Positions 12,485-25,447 of a DNA stretch of 64,000 bases are shown piece after piece. Where the stretch lies: contig CM022679.1 in assembly GCA_012295275.1 (NCBI GenBank), positions 16,926,001 to 16,990,000 on the forward strand, in the 5' to 3' direction. This stretch comes from Chrysomallon squamiferum. Its lineage: Eukaryota > Animalia > Mollusca. The notes below the pieces were generated by a model. It saw only the letters and a list, made by a program, of their open reading frames with translations. It searched no databases and was not told where the DNA came from. Both the position numbers and the translations under genes were made by a program. How positions within the stretch are numbered: position 1 is the stretch's first letter; each line of letters opens with the position of its first letter.

Positions 12485-15400
12485 CTAGCTTAGAATATTT
12501 CTAATCTCTTTGTGTATATGACAGAGAAAATCAACGTAGGAGGCACTTCCATTTAAACCTTTGTCCTCAACAAGAAAGTGATTAAACCAGGGTTCCAACT
12601 TGTCCCGTTGTCTTACAATGGAGAGCTGAGATAAAAAAAAATATATAAAAAATATAAACTACAGTTGAACAAAAAGTTTATAAAACAATCCAACTCATTT
12701 ATACTTTTCCCTTTTTTAGACATTTATTACCCATAATGTTTTTGAAAGACAGAAAATTTAAACGGCATTCTTATGCCTATTGTTTTCATTTTATGCAAAA
12801 TAAAGTATAATTTTAAAAATTATTACATCAACTTTAAAAAAATAAAAATTTTCTTAGGCTAAGTAATGTCTCAGTTAGAGATATATTTGCTAACCCTTTA
12901 TAAATATTCTTTTCATTAATGCAAGAAACACATCTAACCTTGAGGTATCTACTTCTTTTGTCTCTGATCTTTTTAACTATACCACAAATACGTCTTGACA
13001 CAGGATTATCCAGATCAAGCAAATGACCCTGAAATATAGAAGCAGGATTATCATTAACAAATCAATCACAAGAAACATCAGAGAAAAAAAATAATGGAAA
13101 AAGTAACCATTTACAAAGAACAATGCATAATGATGTAGAAAGGACACATATGTGGTTTGACATATTGGAACCATTTTTAATACTGACTGTTAGAAAAGAT
13201 GCGAAATCTTACCTTGTCAATGTCTATCTGTGCTGCACTTGCTACACCAAAAACCTTCTGAATCATGTCTGGAGCCACATTCAGTCCCACCCACAAGAAC
13301 ATGGACAAACCGTTTTCTAAAATATTAAATTCTTTTTCTTAATTATTGTCTTTCAAGTAACTAATTTTTGGTTCAACAGAAAAAACTCAGCAAACTTCTG
13401 GAAGTTCTGGTAACTAAATACATTTTTATGAGAGCAGCAACATTAGGTAAATTAATTATTTGTACAAAGGAATACGGCATTAATATAATGAACTTCAAAC
13501 ACATAATGCTGACTGAGAAGATGATGTAACTTGTTATGAAAAGTGAAAGAAAATAATGATTATGCATATATATTTTTTTTTAAATGTTATAAACATTAAT
13601 GAAAAAAATAAAAAACAAAACAAAAAAAAACACATGTATGCTCAATTTACTTAATCTGGTTGTAATAGTTACCCAGTAAATATATTCCAGTGTCCTGCAG
13701 TCGTTCAACTGAACATCTGATAGCTGTAGGTTCTTCATTCGAGTCAAGATCAAGGTCAAACTAGAAAACGGAAAAACATGTTCAATTTATCAGAAACAGA
13801 GCTCTCCATCCATTCAAAATTTACCATTTCCAATGAAACTTATCTGAATTCAATCAAACAATTAATCTGTATAAAATCAATTATATAAGCTGTACACTTA
13901 CTAAAGGTAAAAGTTTTGGATAGAAGAACACATTGGATGACTGAACATCCATTGAATTGATCAGATGCATCAAGTAACTTCTGTCATCTGTTGAAATCTC
14001 TGAACCTGAAACAGTTAATAATCAATTAAATGTATTACTAGGCTGGAGTAAGCGTTGAACATGAAATAAGTATTCTATTAAAATAAATTAACGAACACTT
14101 TATGATGGTAAACCGTTATTTATCTTACATAGTAGGCCACTTAGCCATACCCTAATAGGGCCTCATTCACACTGTGGAAACACACAGAGGGAGAACACAC
14201 AGAGACCAAAAAGAACAAAGAGAAGACACTGGTAGGAGTGAGGAGTTGGCAGCAGTTATTAAGCAATTATGTCGGTAACTATATTTTGCATTATCTTTGT
14301 TTAAGTTGGAAGCAGGGACAAATGGTTATTCTGATTCTGTATGCTCCGTTTGATTTGTTGATTAATTTGATGTAACACGTATATACTCCTTAAAGAGTTT
14401 GAGTAATGTATTTATTTCTAACAAAATCTGTTAGGGAAAATTAAAAGAATTAAGAATTATAATATTTCATTAAATGCCAACTCCCACGTCCTCAACCACT
14501 AAATATTAAGAATAAATGTGTAAAATAAATAATTATCTTTGTAATATAAATATTGTGTTTTGTTTTGGTGTTCTTAGTGGATGCTCGATATTATATATAG
14601 TTTATATTTGTATGCAAATATATGTGTCTATTATAATCAATCGTCACAGTTTCTTAATTGCACAGTCAGTGGGTACAAACCCTAGAGAAGAAACAAGCCA
14701 TATTTTAATGGGGTCGTTAGCACTTGAAAACTAACACCTCTTATGCACTTGGCCCTGTGACAACTTTCCATTTTGTTTTCAAAATATATTAAAAAAACCA
14801 ACATGAATTAGCAATATCTTAGTTTAAAGATGTTATTTTTCTAAAATTCTGAGTAAGATAATTTTCACATTGAAATAAATTGGAAGTTTATGAAAGAAAT
14901 ACTGCAGGTAGGTACCCAAACAAAGACAGTTTTGTTTGAAATTTAAAGACCACACATGGAAAACAATTTAACTGCAGAAAAATCCACATATATTATGAAC
15001 CTAAGCACCACAAAATTACTCTTCATCACAAAAGGATGCAACACGTTAAATTTCACCTTGTAGCTGTGGTAATATAAGACTCCAGGTTGCTATGGTATTA
15101 GATCTTACTTGCTTGTAATTCTTTTGACTAATGAATATGCAGAAGAATCAAAGTCTGCCAAGTAAAAATGTTTTCATGAAGAAGGCACTTACCTCCTTGG
15201 ATTCCATCGTTTTTAATGATGCAGTTGGCATACAAAGGAAGAAGTTTCATACATTCCGGTAATATGAGCTGTCCTGCTGATGAAGGGTTAGCACAAGTCT
15301 TTCTGTAGCAAGCCAGAATCTGAGAAACCTCGTTCATGATATGTTCTCGAACTTGTTTTGGGTTTGTGTTTAATGTCTGTCTGATTGCTGAAAATAAAAT

Positions 15401-18400
15401 TACTTCATTGATAATAAATACTAATTTTGGTACTTAACCTAATGAATCTCAGTGTCTATATGACTAACTAAAATTAATACAGTTTTGTGTATTTCACTAT
15501 AAATAATTTAAAATAAAATGTAGATTATATTTTGTAAATATGTATCAGTGGTTCTAAATCCTGTAGCTTGGAACACACCTTGTTTTGACATAAAATTGAT
15601 AAGGACATCAAGTTCACAGCTGCGGAAAAGATCAGCCATCTGAGTACAGCAATTTAATGCCAGATTGTGAACTCTCAAACGTCTTTTTCCACTCACACTG
15701 GTGTACAGTAGTGCCACCTGAAATAAAATTTAATATATACGTGTGTGTATGTGTGTGTCTTTGTGTATACACACACACACACACACACATATTTCATTTT
15801 TTTACATTAAAAAATATATACTTAGTTTAAACTTAATATCTTAGTTACATGTTATTGCATTAAGCAAGTTCTGTCTTGTTACTAAACATTTCAGACATCT
15901 TTAACAGCTTTAAATAAATAGGTAATGACTTAATCTTTTAAAAGCAAAATAATAAAAGTGTAACTGAAAAATCATTTAGCACAGTAAATCACTCTGAATA
16001 TTAAGTTTTAAATATCACAAAGATAATAAAAGCCAAAGGTTACAATCAACATGCCTTTCTGTTGCTTGATTTTAAAAGAATTTGAAACATCATTGAGTAC
16101 TTAATCAATGTCCTTTATTGTTCTATTGTGTGTCTTGCCTAAATGATCATACTGTTATCAAATAACAAATGCGGTAATATATCTGAGTTATATTACATGT
16201 CCAGAAAGCTTTTGTATGGAATTATTAGAAGTAAAATTACAATTTTCATTTTACCTGTATGTAAGCACCTTCAGATTCAGGTAACTTGTCATCATGTTTG
16301 ATTTCAGCACATATAGATTGATCACAGTCTATTGCAGCAAGCTCCACATCTGTTGTGTTGGCCATGTAGAAATTACCATAGAAATCCACAGGTCTTATAC
16401 CTAAAATACAGAAATAGTTTGAAAAGGGAAATTTTTAAAGATGTACAAAAACCCAACAGAAAAAATATGCTAGTGACTAAGTTTTGTTACTAATAAAGTA
16501 TAATAATAATAATAAAAGTATGCCAATTGATTTCTGTAACTATCCTCATTTGTGTTGTGGGAATAATATATGCATATAACACATCAGTTATAATGTTGTA
16601 TTATTTTGGTAACAAGTTCCTATTTTATTCAAACATTTTGTAAAATTTTAAAAACTTTATATTAAAAAAACAAAATTTTATAAATGTCATTTTATGACAA
16701 GTGATTTAGCTAAATTGTCTTTCCCCAGATAGAATATGTTCTGGAAAACTTTTCAAACATTTTTTTATTATTATTATAATGAATGGAACATATTTCAAGA
16801 GCTTACTGCGATTAAAACACTCACCTGTACTTGTTCTTACTCTGAGAATTGCATCAAATGCCACTGGTTTACAAATGTTCCTTTTAAGATCTTCAATAAA
16901 TCTTTCACCATCCAAATCAGCCTGCAAAACAATCATTAATGTAATTATTTTCATATTGTTAAATGTTATTCAACAATGTCAGATAATTTTAAAATAAAAT
17001 AACTGATAAATATTAATTTCCAACAATATAATGAATGAAATTGAGATTCTTAAACAGTTTCTTTTTTTACATGCATTTCTCAGCCTGTTTTAAAATCAGC
17101 TAATATTTATAACTTAAACAATAGCTGCATACCTGAAAGTAGCTGTATTTATAGATGTTTCCACTGGTGAGGCGGCAAATCTCTGACATGGATGCCACAT
17201 CACAGTAAGAATTCGGGAAGAGAAAAAGATCAACACAGCAACCTGCTGCCACACACTCCTGACCAAGTTTAGTGTAAAGTGCACTCTGTGTCGTCAGCAA
17301 TGTCTGACAGAGAAAAATGAATTCCCTGTACTTAAACAAACTGCTAGCACTACATGTTTATTTAAGTCATAACGCATGTTTAAAGATAATTTAGACAAAC
17401 ATCATAAATAACTAAGTGTCATATAAATGAATATTTAAATTAGGATTATGTCTGTAAGTTCTTCATAATATTAAACTTTTCATATGGAGTATTACTGTAA
17501 CAAAGTGAGAAAATGTCTATTTAAAAAAGTATCTTTAATACATTAGCACAAAATTGTAATCATAATTATTGCAACTATTACATGATCACCCGACATTCAT
17601 GTGGTTAAAGTAAAATGTCAAGTTGTCAAAATGGCACAAACTAATTCTTGAACTATAGAGAAATAATTTAACCGTTTTTCTCATTAAAACGCTACAATAT
17701 GTTGAATCTGAATAATCTATCACTCACCTTTTCTTTCTCAGTGCCAAGAAGCTTTCTGTCATCTCTGTTCTTCAGTTTTCCTGGTGCTTCTGCTGTTGGC
17801 AGTGAGGTATGAAAGATAAACAATTTGCCAGATCTGTCTGCTGACTTCATGGCATCTAAACCAGCTTGTATTACAGGAGCTAGCACAGTCTCCGTCTCAC
17901 GTGAATCGGCAAACAGTTCAGGTATCTGTGCCAGCAAACTGGAAAAAACCCAACAATAGAATGTATTAGCTTCAAACATTTTTGAATGCCAACATATAAT
18001 CAAATTAAACTTTTAAAATTGAACTGTCAACAAAATTTATTTTGTATTTAGTTATGTAATGATATATATTTTTTTAAACTAAACAACTAATTATTTCATA
18101 AAAATGGGAAATATTTACAAAATATCTTATCAGTTTATTTTGAAAACCCACCTGTCAATCACAGCTTCTGACTCTGCTAAGGTGACCAGAAATCCGTCTA
18201 ACAATGGCACAAACATGTCACTAACATCAGACACGACCATCATCTGTGGCTGAGCCAGGGCTCCCTGCAGAATACACAGATTAAATATTAAAATTCAGAA
18301 TCCTGCTAATTAAATCAAGATGATGCAGTTTACATTTTTTATCAGTCTATCAACCTATCTCTTTACATATCTATATCTGTATACCTATATCTATATATAT

Positions 18401-18789
18401 CTTTACGTATATATATATATTAAAATTACAAGTCCAATAGCCAGATTACACTAGCAACATCACTGATACATTTTCTACAATAGTTACTTCACACACTGTT
18501 AGTACATTTTTCCTGAAGGGTAGTTTATTAATTTAATATTAGTTAAAAAGAATGTTCAGAGAATTATAAAAAACAAATTGATTACCATATAAATGTTTGT
18601 AAATAAACAGATTATAAAAGTATAAAAATAAAAGAAATACAAATAATGATTTAGAACAGAATTTCAAATTACCTTTACATTATAGAAATGTAATTCTTTC
18701 GCATATGTAACAAAACCAACTCTAATCGCAGACTCTTCCATTCCAGATTCCCTGAAAAAAATACACAAAAAATAAAATAAAATGAAATA

Positions 18790-18848
<59 letters not shown>

Positions 18849-21800
18849 ATAATGAAGATTTTAAATTTATATATATGTAAGTATAAAAGAAAGAAATATT
18901 TTTACATAGCCCAGTAACCCACTGGAAGATTTATTTAATTTTTTAAATTTTCTTTAAAAGAAATGATTAGCTACCAATTTTTGCCTTTTTCAGTTCTTAA
19001 AAATCCATGTCATTTAATCTGAAGCATTCATACTGGAAATTTTACTGAATTACACTTATAAGTTGACACACATTACCTTAAATAAGATTTAAAATTATAA
19101 AATAACTTCATGTTTCAGCAGTTTATATGATTGGTGTAATATTTAAAACTTATTATTATAGGTTGTTTTTTTTTAAATGATTTCAGTTATTGCTAGTTAA
19201 AAAACTTATTTAAAAGTCATTGAAGTTTAACTGTACAATAAAAAGGCATTTTTTTATTTTTTTTTAAATATATAATTCTAAATTGTCTAATAATCTTTCA
19301 GAAGAAAATAAAATTTACCCAATAAGAGACAGTTTATTTCTAACAAAAGGAATCATACATAGTTGTTTTAAAATAACTGTACTTGATATTCAGAGTGAAC
19401 AACATCTATTTTTTCTCCTGTCATGGATAATATAAAATGGAAACTTACTTTGGCAAATTAACAAGAATATCACTTTTGAGTTTTTCACAGATAAGATTGA
19501 CCAGTCCACTTTTAACACTATTGTAGGAAACATCTATCATGAAAATAAATGCTGGTTCTTTGGGTGGCACTCCATTCTGAAAGAACAGATTTAGTAAGTC
19601 AGAATAAAATACAGTTTCTGAATGGCATCACTATACTTTTTACTCATAATAAAAAAATAAAAAAAAACTATTTTTCTTTTCGTGCAATTCACATTGAATC
19701 AGTCACTTTATTCTGCATAAAATCTATTCTGTCAATTTACAGAGTAACGTAAGAACCATCAATTTATCATAAGATGCACTAATAATGTTTTCTTGTACTA
19801 AGATACATACTTTACAGTAATCTGTAGTTGCTGTGAATTCATATGAACCTAAACATAGCTCAGCTCTGGTATATGCATCTATCCGTTTTCCAGTATGATC
19901 AAGATGTGCAAAATACTCTGGTGGCACTGCAAGAGAATTCATAAAGTTTTATGTGCTGTTTCTTAGTAAACCAACTCACTTTTTAATAACAAAGCCAAAA
20001 TATTTACTATTTTCTGCATAAAAACATAATATAAACCTTTATCAGATATATACCACTATAAACAAAAAAATATTCTATCAAAAAATAATTTATAATACAA
20101 CAAGCACATGAAAATGGAAGTACATGAGTGATATAAAAATTCACAAGTGTCAATACACAAAAGGAAAGACAATCATTAGGTTTTTTGGGGTTATCCTTAA
20201 AACCAGGTCCAGATAATATATTTATGAAGTATACAGTATTACTACTACTCTAAATTTTAAAATAATATATAGAATTATATTAATATTTTTTTTATGTTTG
20301 ATATTTACCATCTGTTGCACAGCCACAAAAAGCACAGAGAAATCTGCGACCCCCATCAATGAACTGCATGAATGGATTCATATATGCTTTACATCTCGTG
20401 CATCTCACTGGACCCATATCACCAAGATCCACCAGTGGTGGGGGTTGCTGTAATAGAATAACAGAATCACAGATTAGTTTTATTGTAATCCTCCACCTTT
20501 GTATTATACATTAAAAAGTGTAGATAAACAACTGAATACAGTTAGATGAAGCAGAGTATTATATTCATTATACTAATGCAGTCAGTTTGGCAATTATAAT
20601 CACAAATTATGTTAATTTTCTATAATGATAACTATCCAACTTTAACTTTTTAATATTTCATAAAGAATTTTTGTATAGAGAATGCATTTTTATATTATTT
20701 TTGTTTGTAATGCAGCAACCAATTTTCCACTTAGCTGTAAACTTTAAAGAAATATTCACAAGTAACCAAAATCACAGTAGCTAAATTTCTTAAGTACTAA
20801 TAATGTTACTTACTTCCTGATCATGAAGTTTGGCAAATGGTGTAACTGTGAGAACAAATGGGATGTGACTTCCCTTCAACATGTCTGATGTACATGGCAC
20901 ATTGTACATTGTAGAACGAATGAACCGAGGATTACAAATACCTAAAAGAATAAAACAGTAAACAATTCTTATGCCAAGTCACAAAGTAAATGCATAATTG
21001 TAAATAATCAAAAATTAATAAATAAATAAATAAAAACAAATATGTAAGTAAATCTAAAAATATAACTTTCAAGTTAAAAAAAAAAGAAGAAAAAAAAAAA
21101 CACTTAAATTTCTCGTTTTCCATGCTAATTCTTCAATTATTTTTATTACTATTTAATGTAAGCCCACTTTTCTGAATATTCTGAAATATACATGATTCTA
21201 TAAAATGCCATTTGTAATAATCAGGATCACAGTGCTGACAAAAGAAAGTGGAAGATTAGATCTATCAGTGCACAAATGCAAAAAAAATACCATTTGTTAG
21301 CAGCATTCACTTCAAATTTCTATACAATAAATAAAAATAATACAGACAGCAAACTGTTTGACATTTCTCTTTCAACTGTTGACTGCCAAACATTATTCAT
21401 AAAAATCACTTGTGTTATTATTTTTGGATTTCATTTCAGTAGAATGAATATTTGGAAATCTAATTTAAGTCATACAAAGTCATCTTGTAGTAAATTATTT
21501 CAAAAACTAATATAAATATTTTTTGAGAGTCAGTGTATTATTAAAATAGGCTGTTCAAGTACAAACTAATGTAAATTTAAATTTCCGACTATAGAAATAC
21601 AAAACAAATACTCAGTATGAGAAAATACCACATGAATAGCCAACAGCTAAATGAACAGTAACTCACCTTGGTCTTGAGCTATGAATTCTGTAGTGACAAG
21701 TGGTGGTAAAGTCCCTCTGCTGCCTGTTGGAAACAAACCACTGTGAGATTTGCGGTCATCTTCTATCACTTGAATCTGAAGATAAAAAGAATCTATGATA

Positions 21801-24800
21801 TCTTGTTTTAAATTGGCTTTTATTAATAGAACATGTAAATCAAACAAAATTACAAAAAAAAGAAGAAAAAGAAAAAATATACACATTTTTAATGTATTTC
21901 GCCAGATACAACAATTTTCAGATTATTATTATATAGGGTCATTCCGTCAAATCCCCCAATGGGTCAAACCTGACCATCTCAGATTTTTATGAAACTTGGT
22001 ATACTTGTTGACTGGGATCCCACAGCACCAAATCTGAATAATTAGGCCAATCGGACCAGTGGTGTGGGAGATATGGCCCCTGAATTTTGAGATTTTTGGC
22101 AAAAATGGGTGTGACCACCAACATTTGAACCTTCATATCTCAGGAACTACATGGCCAATCTTCACAAAATTGGTATTGTTGAAAAGGCAATATGACAAGG
22201 ATTCCAAATCTGCCATTACTGTGTAGTTTGGAAAATTTGGGGGTCACTGACCTTTTGTCCTTTATTATAACCTTGAAATCTCCCACATGTTAACTAAAAC
22301 ATATAAAAGTTTCCTGGGTGTAATATTTTTTGGGTGATTTGACATGGAATGACCCTATAACATGTTTCCTAAATATATTACTTCTGTGTTGTATCATATT
22401 AATAATATCCAAAATTATTTTTTAAAACACTTTTTGGCGTGTTTATATAAATATTTTAAAAGAATCTTACTGGACTAGGCATTTGGTCTGGGTTGAGTTT
22501 CCGTGGTTGCTGAGGCTGCGTGGCTGGTCCAGGACGCTGGGAAGATATGTTACTATAATTGTATTGCTGTGGCATCCCTGCAGGATAAGGACTTGATTGA
22601 GGACATCCTGCATACTGATTTGTTGGAGGAAACCCAGTAGATGCAGGTGGGTTAAATCCACTTGTAGGAGGCATTTGTCCTGTAGGAGTTACCTGTCCTG
22701 TAGGAGGCATCTGCCCTGCAGGAGGCATCTGCCCTGTTGGAGGTGGAGGACCAAAGCCTGGTGATTGCTGTGGAGCAGCTTGACTAAATTGTCCTTGACT
22801 TATTCCCACCATGGGTGGAGCTGCACTGGAAAGTGGCATGCTATGTTGCTGAGGACCAGAACCCATACTGCTGACAGGCAATGGTGGTTGACTTGTGGGA
22901 GGTGCACCAAATCTGGTTTGTGATGGAGTAACATTAGTTGGTGCAGCCACTAACCCAGATGTTGGTGGAGGCACCCCTTGTGGTGGAGCCATGTAACCAG
23001 ACACTGGTGGTGGTCCTACATTTGTAGATGGAGGTCTAAAACCTGAAGGGGGTGGACCCATGCCTGACTGCTGAGGACCAAACCCTGATTCTGGTGTCAC
23101 TGATCCTGTGATAGGTGGCCCCATTCCACCTGGTACTTGTCCTGCTCCATAATTTGGTTGTGTCATGGCTGTTTCTCTAGGTGGTGCTCCAGGCTAAACA
23201 GATAAAATTCAAACTTTAAAAACCTTTAGTAGTGTCTTTTCTCTCATAAATTCATTAAAATTCTCAGAATTCAGAATCAAAGCACAAAAGAAAAATAATC
23301 TCATTTAGGCCCGTAACATAGTAGATATTGTTAACACTCATTATTTTCAATAAAAGAAAATTAAATATTCAGTTAAGGGCAGACACTTTAATTACATCAT
23401 TACTGGAATATTAAATGTTAAGACCAGGTCTTAGAGACCTGAGAATTGTCATATCCCATTTTTTTCACAATTATAATTATCTTTGGAATCATGATCATTT
23501 TGAATATAATAAAACTGTACAAATAAAAAAATAAATAAAAAAATAAAAAATTGAAATGTTTATAAACAAAATTACAAACACAGCAAGCTAAGAGGCAGAC
23601 ATCTACTATTTTATGTAACCTGAATAAAACATTTTCATTAATATATGTAGAACAAATTCCAATTGTTATTACTAATTTTCAGAACATTTATTTATAACAT
23701 GTTTATAGAAAGTACTTACACCTCGATTGTGCATATGCTGATCTGTAACATTCATTGCAGCGAACTGAAATTATGAATTAAAAAACTGTCAAACCTAGAA
23801 CATGATTTTTCTTTGTAAGCCAGTTTGTTTTAAATGAAGGTTACCAGATATAGGCTCTATGTTGAATGCTAAGTTTACTGACACAAGATGGAATTAAACT
23901 AAAACGATTAAAAGCAACATTAGTTCTTGCATTCTAATCAGATACATTAAAATATTTTTGAAATGATTTTAACATAAAACTCAATTAATCAATGAATACA
24001 TTTGGTTTTTAAATAAAGGAACAAAAATTAAAATCAAGACTTTCTATTTTTCTAACATATGACTGCAACAAATCTTTTAGGCTGCCACTGTATATCTGAA
24101 CTTTTTGTTTATTTATTTACTATTTTTAGTTTTTTCAGACTGTTGTTAGTTATCATGAAACAATCATTACATTATTTTCAAACAATGAAATGATTAACAG
24201 GCACAAACTGTATCATTATTGCAGTAATCTGTTATGATGTAATTAAGTATAAATTCAGCTATTTCTTATCCACCATAAATGGATTTTTTTGATTTTTTTT
24301 AAATGTGCGTTAATAGTGAAATATAATTACCTGTGATACTGGTGGTGGTTCTGCAGTGGCGTGTCTAACAGGCGGGGGACCTCTCATTAGTGGCTCTGCA
24401 GCATGAACAGGTTGCTGAGGTCCTGGCATCATAACAGGAGGATTGCCCATTCCTGGCATATGACCAGAAAATGAACTAGGAGGTCCAGGTGCACTGAAAC
24501 AAATTAAAGATAGACTGCAAAACACTAAAACAAAAATTATACTGAAATTATAAAATCTAAATTTTAAGTTATGATATGGATCCAAGGAAATTGAAACCGG
24601 ATAGGTATATTTAGTATATTTACAAAAATATTGTACATATCAAAATGACAACACAAATTTAGTTTCCTATATTGTGGGTAAATATCAAAAATTATCACAG
24701 TTTACATTATTATATTTTAATTATATAATAATTACTAAAACATATATAAAAATAATTACTGTGGTGCATTGTATCTGATATCCCCTTGAGGTCCAGGCAT

Positions 24801-25344
24801 TGGACCATTCTGAACAGAAGTAGTCATTGGGGGTGGTGGTTGGATACCAGACTTCATTGGTGTAAGGCCTCCTGTAGGTACCATACCTGATACAAAGTAT
24901 AAATATCTCTGTTTTCAACTAAAGCCTGTCTAAGAACTGAATTATTTATCTGTGGAGTTATTTGTTACTCTGAATATTTTTTTTATTATTATTTTTTTTA
25001 TATATATATATATAATATGCATTTTAACAAAACATTTAATAAATGAAAGATCAAAGTAATATATTACTGTTTATATAAAGTCAGCTTTTGATTAATAAAA
25101 CTAATATGTTCAAGGATATCAAAATACATACATAAATTCAGCAAGGAACAGATTTAGTTAACAATTTGTTTAAATTCTAACACCTGAAATGAAATATTAG
25201 ATGTTGAAGTAGTTTTAATTATTAACCTGGTACTGCATGGCCTTGCTGTCCATATCCATTATACATGTCTTGTCCTGATGTAGGTGGAAGTCCAAATCCA
25301 GGTGGTGGTGGATGGCCATAATTTGCTGTAAAATGAGTACTCAT
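12485..25344 (-). CDS. SEC24C: Protein transport protein Sec24C/D (COPII cargo adaptor), 23 coding exons, about 1157 aa: 25344-25227, 24886-24760, 24493-24331, 23764-23720, 23193-22471, 21775-21667, 20941-20814, 20447-20309, 19926-19811, 19576-19449, 18751-18673, 18264-18152, 17938-17728, 17303-17133, 16921-16825, 16400-16255, 15717-15579, 15387-15193, 14005-13902, 13760-13673, 13316-13213, 13028-12939, 12625-12485
   Basis: Pro/Gln-rich N-terminus; [16 protein letters not shown]; zinc finger [15 protein letters not shown]...CAFC; trunk [10 protein letters not shown] and [20 protein letters not shown]; [18 protein letters not shown]; C-terminus [18 protein letters not shown]. Every intron is GT-AG and phases are consistent (3474 nt total). 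Confidence 0.96.
21936..22355 (+). mobile_element. Sola2-like MITE (420 bp) in a SEC24C intron
   Basis: TIRs GGGTCATTCC(AT)GTCAAATC(A/C)CCCAA, 4-bp TATA TSD on both sides; body is collinear with the left end of the transposase-bearing element at 59154. Confidence 0.85.
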
Positions 25345-25416
25345 GCTGACATTGCTTTTTACCAAATTGATTTTTAGAATTCACACTATATCTGCAAAAT
25401 AATTTGACATCAACAA

Positions 25417-25447
<31 letters not shown>

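Noticed and set aside
14930-15030. Intronic C/D snoRNA (GTGATGA C box on the minus strand)
   Set aside because: No D box or terminal stem at the expected distance.
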